Source of the DNA: Sulfuritalea hydrogenivorans sk43H
Lineage (GTDB): Bacteria; Pseudomonadota; Gammaproteobacteria; Burkholderiales; Rhodocyclaceae
Length of the DNA stretch: 24,000 bases
Direction of reading: 5' to 3'
NCBI GenBank assembly: GCA_945870205.1
Contig: CAMBRI010000009.1
Location: 6,287-30,286, forward strand
The translations under genes and the position numbers were made by a program. This document shows, one piece after another, positions 13,767 to 22,614 of this stretch (its first letter is position 1; every line of letters begins with the position of its first letter). The notes below the pieces were generated by a model. That model did not search any database, had not been told where the DNA came from, and saw only the letters and a program-made list of their open reading frames with translations.

Positions 13767-13925
13767 CTGTGTCGCAAGCGCTTGCACTGAATTGGCTCGC
13801 AACCGTGCTTGTGCTGAACGTCCGCCGAGAAAACGTGCCGGGCGCCCATTGGCTGGCAACCAGCTCACGACGGCTACCATTTCACGCAACTCCTGCTTCA
13901 GGCGCGCCGCGGCGGGTAACGCTCT

Positions 13926-15869
13926 CTACGCGGCACCTTTGCTCAAATAATTCATCGGCCCACCCGTATAGGGCGCAAAGCCGGTGCCGAAGATTACCCC
14001 GGCATCGGCCAGTTCCGCATCCGCCACCACGCCATCCTTCACCAGGCGTTGCGTGGCTTCGAGCAGCGGCTTCAGCAGGCGCTGCGCAAGCTCCGAATTC
14101 GCGCCGCCACCGCCCGACTTCTGCGCCTTGCCATCCACCCATGCGTAGAAGCCCTTGCCCGACTTCTTGCCGAGATTTCCAGCACTGACCAGTTCAATCA
14201 ATTTTTTGGGCGGATCGGCCTCACCCACCAGTTGCCGGCCCGCGGCCACGGCGACGTCGAGCCCGACGGTATCGGCCAGTTCGATCGGGCCCATCGGCAT
14301 GCCGAAGGCCAGCATCGCGGCATCGATGGCTTCCGGCGCGATGCCTTGATCGACGCAGCGCATGGCCTCGTTCATGTAGGGCGCGAGCACGGCATTGACC
14401 AGGAAGCCCGGCGCATCCTTGACCGGCAGCGGCAGCTTGTCGATCCGGCGCACGAAAGCAGCGGCGCGCTGCGCCACTTCCGGCGCGGTGATCTCACCGG
14501 CTACCACTTCCACCAGCGGCATCATCATTACCGGGTTGAAGAAGTGGATGCCGACCAGGCGCGAGGGGTTCTTGAATGTCGCGGCGATGTCGGCGAGCTT
14601 CAACGAGGATGTGTTCGATGCGATCAGCGCACCGGGTTTGGCGCGCGCCTCGATGTCGGCGAACAGCGCCTGCTTGGCTTCAAGGTTCTCGAAGATGGCC
14701 TCGATGATGACGTCGGCCTGGCGCACGCCGTCGCCCTTCGGGTCGGCAATCAGGCGGTCGAGCGCGAAGCGGGCCAGCATCTTGTCGCGCAGCTTCTTTT
14801 CGAGGAATTTCGCGGCACGGCCGACGGCCGGCGCAATGCGTTCGATGGACTGATCCTGCAGCGTCACCGTCATGCCGCGCAGCACGCACCAGGCGGCAAT
14901 GTCGCCACCCATGACCCCGGCGCCGACCACATGCACATGGCGCGGGGCGAAACCGGAAGCCTCCTTGCCAAAGCCCTTGAGCCGGTCCTGCAGGAAGAAA
15001 ACCCGGATCAGGTTGCGCGTGGTCGGGTGTTTGACCAGCGCGTCGAGCGAAGTGGGCCGATCCGCCGGCACCGCCAGCGTGTTGCCGCCGTAGTTCTGCC
15101 ACTGATCGATGATGGCGTAGGGCGCCGGGTAGTGTTCCTGCCGGGCGCGCTTGGCCACCTGCTTGCGGACAGCGCTGGCGACCATGCCTTTCAGCGGCCC
15201 GTTCATCAGCTTCTGCATGAACGGAAGCTTTTCCTGGCGCGGCGGCTTGCCCGACAGCACCAGCATGCGCGCCGCATTTTCCATGACGCGCGGCGGCACG
15301 CATTCGTCGGCGAGGCCCATTTTTTTCGCGCGGTTGGCGTCGATATTCTTGCCGGTCAGCATCATGTCCAGCGCCGCCGCCGGGCCAACTATTTGCGGCA
15401 GGCGCAGCATGCCACCCCAGCCGGGGACGATGCCGAGCATGACTTCCGGCAGCGCGAACTTGGTGCCCGGTTCATCGACCGCGATGCGGTAGCGGCAGGC
15501 CAGGGCCAGTTCGGTGCCGCCGCCCATGCAGTGGCCGCGCACCAGCGCCAGCGGCGGGTAGCTCACGTCCGCCAGTCGGTTGTAGCTGTCCCAGCCGCGC
15601 TTGATCAGCGCTCTGGCCTTTTCCGGAGTGTCGGCTGAAGTGAATTCCTCGATGTTGGCGCCGGCGATGAATCCGGCTTCCTTGGCGGATTTGAAGATCA
15701 GACCCTTGGGGGGATTCTTTTCGCATTCATCGAGGATGAGTCCGAGTTCGGTCATCACTGCCGCGCCCAGGGTATTGGTCGAGGAGTCGGCGGTGTCGAG
15801 GATGGCCCAGGCGAGCCCCGCATTTGGGGCGCTTGTCTCGCGTTCGAGTTTCCAGTGCGTGTAAGTCAT
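13926..15869 (-). CDS. fadB: Fused enoyl-CoA hydratase/3-hydroxyacyl-CoA dehydrogenase (FadB/FadJ-like)
   Basis: Start set to ATG 15869-15867 (MTYTHWKLERETS...), giving 647 aa. Crotonase motifs (GHCMGGGTELALACRYRIA, PEVMLGIVPGWGG) and dehydrogenase motifs (VVGAGVMGGDIAAWCVLRG, LVGIHFFNPVMMMPLVEVV). The ORF track extends the frame upstream to 16136, which is not needed. Confidence 0.93.
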   Translation of the reverse strand: MTYTHWKLERETSAPNAGLAWAILDTADSSTNTLGAAVMTELGLILDECEKNPPKGLIFKSAKEAGFIAGANIEEFTSADTPEKARALIKRGWDSYNRLADVSYPPLALVRGHCMGGGTELALACRYRIAVDEPGTKFALPEVMLGIVPGWGGMLRLPQIVGPAAALDMMLTGKNIDANRAKKMGLADECVPPRVMENAARMLVLSGKPPRQEKLPFMQKLMNGPLKGMVASAVRKQVAKRARQEHYPAPYAIIDQWQNYGGNTLAVPADRPTSLDALVKHPTTRNLIRVFFLQDRLKGFGKEASGFAPRHVHVVGAGVMGGDIAAWCVLRGMTVTLQDQSIERIAPAVGRAAKFLEKKLRDKMLARFALDRLIADPKGDGVRQADVIIEAIFENLEAKQALFADIEARAKPGALIASNTSSLKLADIAATFKNPSRLVGIHFFNPVMMMPLVEVVAGEITAPEVAQRAAAFVRRIDKLPLPVKDAPGFLVNAVLAPYMNEAMRCVDQGIAPEAIDAAMLAFGMPMGPIELADTVGLDVAVAAGRQLVGEADPPKKLIELVSAGNLGKKSGKGFYAWVDGKAQKSGGGGANSELAQRLLKPLLEATQRLVKDGVVADAELADAGVIFGTGFAPYTGGPMNYLSKGAA

Positions 15870-17170
15870 CAAACTGCCTCCACCAATACGGCACCGCCCT
15901 GCCCGCCGCCTATGCAGATCGTGGCGATGCCGCATCTGCTGCGTTTGCCACCCTGTTCGCGCCGCAGGATGTGCAGCAGATGCAGCACGATGCGCGCACC
16001 CGAGGCCCCGACCGGATGACCCAGTGCGATGGCGCCGCCGTCGACGTTCAGCTTTGCCGGGTCCAGAGTGCCCAGCGGCGCGTCCAGACCCAGTTCGTCC
16101 TTGCAATAGGCGGGGTCTTCCCAGGCCTTGATGCAACCCATCACCTGTGCGGCGAAGGCCTCGTTGATTTCCCAGGCGTCAAGGTCGTTCAGGCCGAGGC
16201 CGTGGCGCTGCAGGATGGGTGTCGCCGCATGCACCGGGCCGAGGCCCATCTGCGCCGGGTCGAGGCCGGCCCATTGCGTGTCGGTGATCCTGCCGATGGG
16301 TGTCAGCTTGTACTTCTCCACCGCCTCGCTTGATGCCAGCAGCAGCCAGGCGGCGCCATCGGTAATTTGCGAACTGTTGCCCGGCGTGATCTTGCCGTAG
16401 CTGCGATCGAAGAAGGGCTTGAGTTTGGCCAGGCCCGCGAGGTTCGAGTCATGGCGCACACCGTCGTCTTCGGCATACACCGTGCCGTCGCTGCCGATCA
16501 GCGGCACGATTTCATCGAAGCGGCCGGCCTTCTGCGCGGCCGATACCTTCTGGTGGCTATCGACCGAGAAGGCATCCATCTGCTGGCGCGAAATGCCGAA
16601 CTTCCAGGCCAGGTTCTCGGCGGTCTGGCCCATCATCAGGTTCACCACCGGGTCGGTCAGGCCCTTGACGATGCCGATCACGGGGGTGAGCAGTGCGCCT
16701 ATGCGCAGTTTGGCGAACATGCCGAGGCGGGCACCCAGCGTGCGTGCCTGCGCCATCCGCGAGAACCACATGACCATCTTGTCCGAATAGAGCAGGTGGG
16801 TGCGCGACAACGCATCGACACCGCCGGCCATGACAAGTTGCGAGCGCCCGTTCTGAATGTTGGCGATGGCCGAATCGATGGCCTGCATCCCTGAGGCGCA
16901 GTTGCGCATCACGGTCCAGCCCGGCACCTTGTTGCCGCAACCCAGGCGCAAGGCAATAACGCGGCCAATATTGACTTCATCAACGCTGGGACCGGCGCAT
17001 CCGACAATCACTTCGTCGAGCTGGTCGGGGGCAAAGGGCTGGCGCGCCAGCAGGACGCGGCCGGAGATCGTGGCGAGGTCGGAGGCCGAAAAGGGGCCGG
17101 GGACGTTGCGCGATTTCAGGAAGGGTGAGCGGGCGCCATCGACGATATAAACGGGTTCGAATTTGCTCAT
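15869..17170 (-). CDS. Acetyl-CoA acyltransferase (thiolase, FadI/FadA-like)
   Basis: 433 aa. VIVGCAGPSVDEVNIGRVIALRLG, NCASGMQAIDSAI, VDGGAIALGHPVGASGARIVLHLLH, and C-terminal GIATICIGGGQGGAVLVE. Confidence 0.93.
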   Translation of the reverse strand: MSKFEPVYIVDGARSPFLKSRNVPGPFSASDLATISGRVLLARQPFAPDQLDEVIVGCAGPSVDEVNIGRVIALRLGCGNKVPGWTVMRNCASGMQAIDSAIANIQNGRSQLVMAGGVDALSRTHLLYSDKMVMWFSRMAQARTLGARLGMFAKLRIGALLTPVIGIVKGLTDPVVNLMMGQTAENLAWKFGISRQQMDAFSVDSHQKVSAAQKAGRFDEIVPLIGSDGTVYAEDDGVRHDSNLAGLAKLKPFFDRSYGKITPGNSSQITDGAAWLLLASSEAVEKYKLTPIGRITDTQWAGLDPAQMGLGPVHAATPILQRHGLGLNDLDAWEINEAFAAQVMGCIKAWEDPAYCKDELGLDAPLGTLDPAKLNVDGGAIALGHPVGASGARIVLHLLHILRREQGGKRSRCGIATICIGGGQGGAVLVEAV

Positions 17171-17172
17171 GA

Positions 17173-19509
17173 CTAGGCCGCCTTGCGCAGGGTTCCGCTG
17201 AGGGGCGGGGTCGACACCTGTTCCGGGGCGAAATCCTGCGGGAAGTCATCGACGGCGATGGCCTTGTCGCGCAGCACGATGCGCCGCTGCAGCAGGGCCT
17301 GCTCCTCGGCGGAAATGACGCCGGCCTCGCGGGCGTGGGCAGCCATGCTTGCCGCATCGCCGGCGCCAACTCTTCCATCCCTGACCGCGGCGCGGATGCG
17401 CGCCTCGATCGGCTCGGCAGCCATGGTGGCCTCCAAGGCCAGTTCGACGACGCCGACGGCGTCATTCTCATCGCGCGGCACATACATGCCGGCGGTGAGG
17501 CGGTCGCGCGTCGCCGAGGGTTCGATCAGCATGCGCGCCACCGCGTGGCCGAGCTTGTCGGACGGCACCTCGTAGGGGCGACCGAGCGGGAAGATGTACC
17601 AGTGCAGCAGGGCGGCAATGAAGCGGCTGGGGTAGTTCGAGATCACGCCCTCGAAGGCGTTCTGCATCTTGAACATGGCGTCCCAGATCGCCCAGTGCAT
17701 CAGCGGTGCATCGGCGGCCTGGCGGCCCTCGTCCTCGTAGCGCTTGAGCGTGGCGGAACACAGGTACATCAGGGACAGGATGTCGCCCAGTCGCGCCGAG
17801 AGCTTTTCCTTGCGCTTCAGGTCGCCGCCCATGACGAACATGGAAACGTCGGAGATGAACGCGAAGGCCGCCGAAAAGCGCGTCAGTTGCTGATAGTAGC
17901 GCCTGGTTTCGGGCGCCACGCCAGCCGGCGCCGGGCCGAAGTGCGAACCGGTAAGACCCATGCTCCAGGCGCGGAAACCGCGGCTCCAGGAAAACCAGAG
18001 ATGGCTGGACAGGGCCTTGTCGAAGTCGCGCAGTCCCTTCGTCGCATCGGGTTCGCGCGCCGCTTGCATTTCCTTCAGCACATACGGATGGCAGCGGATC
18101 GCTCCCTGGCCGAAGATGATCAGGCTGCGGGTCAGGATGTTGGCGCCCTCGACAGTGATGGCGACCGGGATCTGCTGGTAGGCGCGGCCCATGAAATTGT
18201 TCGGCCCGAGGCAGATGCCCTTGCCGCCGAGAATGTCCATGGCATCGTTCACCACCTGCCGGGTGCGCTCGGTGACGTGGTACTTGACGATGGCCGAGAC
18301 TACCGAGGGCTTTTCGCCCAGGTCGATGGCGCCGGCGGTCATGGTCCGCGCCGCGTCCATCATGTAGGTGTAGCCGCCCATGCGCGCCAGGGGTTCCTCG
18401 ATGCCTTCGAACTTGCCGATGGCGGTCTTGAACTGGCTGCGGACGCGGGCGTAGCCACCGGTGGCGCGTACCGCGAGCTTGGCCATGCCGGTGTTGGAGG
18501 ATGGCAGCGAAATAGAGCGCCCCGCCGCCAGGCATTCCATGAGCATGCGCCAGCCCTGGCCGGCCATGGCCGGCCCGCCGATGATCCAGTCGAGCGGCAT
18601 GAACACGTCCTGGCCCGAGTTCGGCCCGTTCTGGAACACGGCATTGAGCGGGAAATGGCGGCGGCCGATGTTCACGCCGGGATGGTCGGTCGGCACCAGC
18701 GCGCAGGTAATGCCCAAATCATCGACCTCACCCAGCAGATGGTCGGGGTCGTGCAAACGAAAAGCCAGGCCGAGGATGGTGCAGATCGGCCCCAGCGTGA
18801 TGTAGCGCTTGTCCCAGGTGACGCGCATGCCGGTCACTTCCCGGCCTTGCCACTGACCCTTGCAGACGATACCGAGGTCGGGGATGGACGCAGCGTCCGA
18901 GCCGGCATGGGGGTTGGTGAGGGCGAAGGCGGGAATTTCCAGGCCCTTGGCCAGTCGCGGCAGGTAGTGGTTCTTCTGTTCCTCGGTGCCGTAGTGCAAC
19001 AGCAGTTCGGCCGGGCCGAGCGAGTTGGGGACCATGACCGAAACCGCGGCTACCGAGCAGCGGGTCGACAATTTCTGCACCACCGCCGAATGGGCAAGGG
19101 CAGAAAACTCGAGGCCGCTATAGCGTTTCGGGATGATCATGCCGAGGAAGCCCTTTTCCTTCACGTAGGCCCAGACCTCGGGCGGCAGATCGTGATGGAT
19201 CTGGGTGGTCGCCCAATCGTTGGTCATGGCGCACAGCGCCTCGCATTCGGTGTCGAGAAAGGATTGCTCCACCGCCGACAATTTTGGCTTCGGGTAATCG
19301 AGCAGCTTCTGCCAGGCCGGCTTGCCGGAGAACAACTCGCCCTCCCACCAGACGGTGCCGGCTTCCAGGGCCTCTTTTTCGGTCTGCGACATCGCCGGCA
19401 GCAGCTTCTTGTAGGCGGCGAACATCGAGCCCGTCAGCACGGCGCGGCGCAGGGGTGGCAGCAAGAGTATGGCGGCCGTCGCGGCGATCAGTGTCAATAA
19501 CCAGGTCAT
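17173..19509 (-). CDS. fadE: Acyl-CoA dehydrogenase (FadE-type, long form)
   Basis: 778 aa with an N-terminal membrane segment. AFALTNPHAGSDAASIPDLGIVCKG and MILGGKGICLGPNNFMGRAYQ-type segment; length and layout match FadE/DUF1974-containing acyl-CoA dehydrogenases. Confidence 0.93.
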   Translation of the reverse strand: MTWLLTLIAATAAILLLPPLRRAVLTGSMFAAYKKLLPAMSQTEKEALEAGTVWWEGELFSGKPAWQKLLDYPKPKLSAVEQSFLDTECEALCAMTNDWATTQIHHDLPPEVWAYVKEKGFLGMIIPKRYSGLEFSALAHSAVVQKLSTRCSVAAVSVMVPNSLGPAELLLHYGTEEQKNHYLPRLAKGLEIPAFALTNPHAGSDAASIPDLGIVCKGQWQGREVTGMRVTWDKRYITLGPICTILGLAFRLHDPDHLLGEVDDLGITCALVPTDHPGVNIGRRHFPLNAVFQNGPNSGQDVFMPLDWIIGGPAMAGQGWRMLMECLAAGRSISLPSSNTGMAKLAVRATGGYARVRSQFKTAIGKFEGIEEPLARMGGYTYMMDAARTMTAGAIDLGEKPSVVSAIVKYHVTERTRQVVNDAMDILGGKGICLGPNNFMGRAYQQIPVAITVEGANILTRSLIIFGQGAIRCHPYVLKEMQAAREPDATKGLRDFDKALSSHLWFSWSRGFRAWSMGLTGSHFGPAPAGVAPETRRYYQQLTRFSAAFAFISDVSMFVMGGDLKRKEKLSARLGDILSLMYLCSATLKRYEDEGRQAADAPLMHWAIWDAMFKMQNAFEGVISNYPSRFIAALLHWYIFPLGRPYEVPSDKLGHAVARMLIEPSATRDRLTAGMYVPRDENDAVGVVELALEATMAAEPIEARIRAAVRDGRVGAGDAASMAAHAREAGVISAEEQALLQRRIVLRDKAIAVDDFPQDFAPEQVSTPPLSGTLRKAA

Positions 19510-19535
19510 GGCAATCTCCTTGTAGTCATTCGAGG

Positions 19536-20207
19536 TCAGGCGGCGCGCCGGGCGCGCTGCTTTTTGGCCGGCTTGGCCTGGATTTCAGGAAGCGGCGCGC
19601 GCAAGCCGCCGATGAGGAAGCTCATCAGTCGGGCGTAGAGTGCATCGGGGTCGGAATCGTCGATCGGCCCCAGCAGACGCAGCGCATCGGCCCCTGAAAT
19701 GGCGTAGGACAGGGCGCCCATCATGAAATGAAAACGCCAGAGGAATTCCTCCTGCGGCACGTCGGGCAGGGCCTTGAAGAAGGCCGCCTTGAAGCGGGCG
19801 ATGACTTCGGCGTATTCCTCGGCCAGAAACGTGCGCACGAAATCGGTCGGTTCCGTGTAGGTACGGCCCAGCAGGCGCATGAAGGTCTGGCCGCCATTCT
19901 TGTCGGCGGCCATGCGGATCGCCACGCCGAAGAAGGCTTCAACAATCTGGCGTGGCTTCAGCGGCGCGCCCCTGGCCTCGGCTTCGAAGGCATCCAGCGC
20001 GGCGATGCGCTGCTCGTTGAGCCAGGTCAGGCGGCGGCGGAACACCGCCTCGATCAGGGACTCCTTCGAGCCGAAGTGATAATTCACCGCGGCCAGGTTG
20101 GCCTGTGCCCCGGTGGTGATCATGCGCAGCGTCGTTGCATCGAGGCCATGCTGCACCAGGAGCTTTTCGGCGGCGTCGAGAATGCGAGAGCGGGTGTCGG
20201 GTTCCAT
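19536..20207 (-). CDS. TetR/AcrR family transcriptional regulator, PsrA-like
   Basis: The track starts at TTG 20228; ATG 20207 (MEPDTRSRILDAAEKLL...) is more likely. HTH region ATTLRMITTGAQANLAAVNYHFGSKESLIEAVFRRRL and GGQTFMRLLGRTYTEP closely resemble the PsrA family; first gene of the fad operon. Confidence 0.88.
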   Translation of the reverse strand: MEPDTRSRILDAAEKLLVQHGLDATTLRMITTGAQANLAAVNYHFGSKESLIEAVFRRRLTWLNEQRIAALDAFEAEARGAPLKPRQIVEAFFGVAIRMAADKNGGQTFMRLLGRTYTEPTDFVRTFLAEEYAEVIARFKAAFFKALPDVPQEEFLWRFHFMMGALSYAISGADALRLLGPIDDSDPDALYARLMSFLIGGLRAPLPEIQAKPAKKQRARRAA

Positions 20208-20225
20208 GGACGGGCAGGCCTTTGA

Positions 20226-20252
20226 CAAACAAGAGTTTCAAACAGTTGTTTT
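20226..20252. promoter_or_regulatory. Candidate operator: two overlapping PsrA-type boxes in a 25-bp near-palindrome
   Basis: CAAAC-AAGA-GTTTC (20226-20239) and CAAAC-AGTT-GTTTT (20239-20252). AAACAAGAGTTTCAAACAGTTGTTT (20227-20251) is symmetric at 20 of 24 paired positions. Lies about 20 bp upstream of the tetR ATG. Confidence 0.65.
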
Positions 20253-20428
20253 AAGTTTGCATAGGGACGGAGCGGATGTCAATCCCCGACCGACTCCGGG
20301 TTGCCCGCGCCAAGCAGGATTCGCACCGTCTCCGCGGCGCCCGCAGGGGGAATCGGCATTGACCGGGCTGGGGAGGTCAAGGATACTCGGGCCTTGCAGG
20401 CCTGTTTCCTGCACCCGGAATCCACCCG

Positions 20429-22447
20429 ATGGCCCAGCCAGATCACCATCCAGCACTTTCGCCCGAGCCGCCGGCGCCCTTCGACCCAGGGCGCACGACG
20501 ACGGTCGGCGCCCTGGGCGCGGGCGAGATTCTGCTGCCGGACTTCGTTGTCCGCGACGCAAGCGGCGTGATGGTAGACGCCGGCAAGATGGTGGGCCTGG
20601 GCGAAATGCAACGCCTAGTTGATCGGGTATTCACGGCGGGCTCCTTCTTCGTCGGTCTCGACTATGCCGCCCTGTCGCAACTGCTTTATCCGCCCGCGGC
20701 CGCGGTGCCCCTGAGCGCCCGCGCGGAGGCGGGCATGGTGCGCATCGCCGACGGCATTGCCCCGTTCACGGACGAGCGGCGCGAACTGTACAAGGCAGCG
20801 AAGCCCGCCGACAGCGGTGCCCGCATCGAATATGTTTTTTCGCCAGTACGTTTCGAGCGCATCGTTGAAGTGCCCATCTTCGGCGATGTGGATGCGGACG
20901 GCCAACCGATCCTGACCGGCTACGACAAACAGGTTCGCTACGAGCCGACCATGCTGAATGTCGACGAATTTGTCGCCGCCATGTGGGCCCGGGGCATTCG
21001 CAGCGGCATCGATATCGCCGCCGTGCGTGCCGCCATCGCTTCGGGACGCGACGAGCGCGTGGACATCGCACGACGTCTGGATCCCAAGCCCGGCACCGAT
21101 GCGACGGTGCAGGAACAGACCGAGGCCCTGCATCGTGATGATTCACCGTCCATCCTGCCCAGCGGCAAGGTCGATCTGAGTCATTTCAAGAACCATTTCC
21201 CGCAGGTATCGGCCGGCACCTGCCTGCTCAAAAAGCAGCCCAGAAACCTTGGCGTACCGGGCCTGGACACCGACGGCACGGTGCTGGAAGCCGCCCTGCC
21301 GCGCGACTTCGAGCTGGAAGAGCTGGCCGGTCTTGGCACCCGGATCGAGCGCACCGCCAAGGGCGAATTCCTGTTCGCGGCGCGCGATGGCTTCCTCAAC
21401 ATCGACACCAAATCGCATCAGATCTCGATTACCGAAAAGATCATCAATCGCGAGGGAGTAAGCCTGCGCACCACAGGCAACCTCACGCTGGCCGGAGACC
21501 AGTACGAAGAACACGGCGAGGTGCAGGAGCGCCGGGTGGTGGAAGGCAAGCACATGATCTTTCATGCCGACGTGTTCGGCGAGATCGTGTCGAATGGCGG
21601 ACACATTCATCTGCATGTCAATCTCGCCGGCGGCAAGGTGAGGAACACCGGAGGCCTGATCCAGATCGACGGCCGCGCTTCGCGTGCCGTGCTCGATGCG
21701 CGCAGCGGCGAAGTGCAGGCGAAGTATGCCGAAGGCAGCATCGTGATCGCCGGCAAGGTAAGGCTGGTCCGCGCGGTAGCCTGCGACATCGTCGCCGAAG
21801 ACGTCGAAATCGATGAAGCGATCGGCTGCACCATCGCGGCGCGGCGCATTCGCATTACCAGCGCCGGGGGGCGCCGGGGAACAGAAACGCTGCTTACGGT
21901 CTGCGTTCCCGACTTTGCCGCGCTCGACAAGCGGCGGACCGAATCGGGCAAGGAGATCGACAAATTGAAGCAGCGCATCGCCGCCAAGCAGGTGGTGCTC
22001 GACGAGCGCATGGCAACGGCCGAGATTCGAAAGTACATCACCGCGGACCGGCGGATTCGCTCCGGCGAACTCAAGCTGACGCCGGCCCAGGATGAGCAGT
22101 GGCACCACGCAACGCAGAAACTAGCCGGGGCCCTGTTCCAGATCCAGACCTTGCAGAAGGAAATCGAGGTGCTCAATGCGGGCCTTGCTGAACTCGACGA
22201 GCAACTGGAAGCCCTGAACACGCAAAGAGCCGCGGCAGGCGTCGATATTCGTTGCGAAGTAGCCAAGCTGACCGGCGATGTCGCGGTGCAGACCATGGCC
22301 ATTCCGCCCGATGCGGCTGTATTCGGCGACGCGGAAGTCGGCGAAATCAAGCACCGGCTGCGCGACACGCGCGTGGTGCGACAGCGACTGTTCCGCGGCG
22401 AATCCGGTCGCTTTGCGTGGACCTGGACGCCGCCGGCGACGAACTGA
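20429..22447 (+). CDS. FapA family protein (DUF342), flagellar-assembly-A-like beta-helix
   Basis: 672 aa. N-terminal DUF342-type region (GVMVDAGKMVGLGE...), RFERIVEVPIFGDVDADGQP, central beta-helix repeats (GNLTLAGD..., GGHIHLHVNLAGGKVRNTGGLIQIDG...) and a C-terminal coiled coil. Confidence 0.82.
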   Translation: MAQPDHHPALSPEPPAPFDPGRTTTVGALGAGEILLPDFVVRDASGVMVDAGKMVGLGEMQRLVDRVFTAGSFFVGLDYAALSQLLYPPAAAVPLSARAEAGMVRIADGIAPFTDERRELYKAAKPADSGARIEYVFSPVRFERIVEVPIFGDVDADGQPILTGYDKQVRYEPTMLNVDEFVAAMWARGIRSGIDIAAVRAAIASGRDERVDIARRLDPKPGTDATVQEQTEALHRDDSPSILPSGKVDLSHFKNHFPQVSAGTCLLKKQPRNLGVPGLDTDGTVLEAALPRDFELEELAGLGTRIERTAKGEFLFAARDGFLNIDTKSHQISITEKIINREGVSLRTTGNLTLAGDQYEEHGEVQERRVVEGKHMIFHADVFGEIVSNGGHIHLHVNLAGGKVRNTGGLIQIDGRASRAVLDARSGEVQAKYAEGSIVIAGKVRLVRAVACDIVAEDVEIDEAIGCTIAARRIRITSAGGRRGTETLLTVCVPDFAALDKRRTESGKEIDKLKQRIAAKQVVLDERMATAEIRKYITADRRIRSGELKLTPAQDEQWHHATQKLAGALFQIQTLQKEIEVLNAGLAELDEQLEALNTQRAAAGVDIRCEVAKLTGDVAVQTMAIPPDAAVFGDAEVGEIKHRLRDTRVVRQRLFRGESGRFAWTWTPPATN

Positions 22448-22461
22448 ACCTAAATTCCTCA

Positions 22462-22594
22462 CCACAGAGACACAGAGGCACAGAGAAAGCCAAAGAATCA
22501 ATGGCTTGCCGATTCGATACCCATCACCCCACGGGTGAGTGCATGAAACACGGCAAGCACTTGTTTTTCCTCTGTGTCCTCTGTGCCTCTGTGG
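22462..22594. repeat. Imperfect inverted repeat with CCACAGAG(A/G)CACAGAG arms
   Basis: Left arm ccacagagacacagaggcacagag (22462-22485); right arm cctctgtgtcctctgtgcctctgtgg (22569-22594). Inner nested cttgccg / cggcaag pair. Between FapA and the hypothetical gene. Confidence 0.7.
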
Positions 22595-22614
22595 TTCAAC
22601 TGAGGTTTTAAGGA

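Noticed and set aside
14049-15638. 529-aa plus-strand ORF opposite the fadB-like gene
   Set aside because: Antisense shadow ORF of a gene with clear crotonase and HAD motifs.
17335-19500. 721-aa plus-strand ORF opposite fadE
   Set aside because: Exact shadow of a well-supported minus-strand acyl-CoA dehydrogenase in high-GC DNA. Low-complexity H/R/G/A composition and no recognisable domain.
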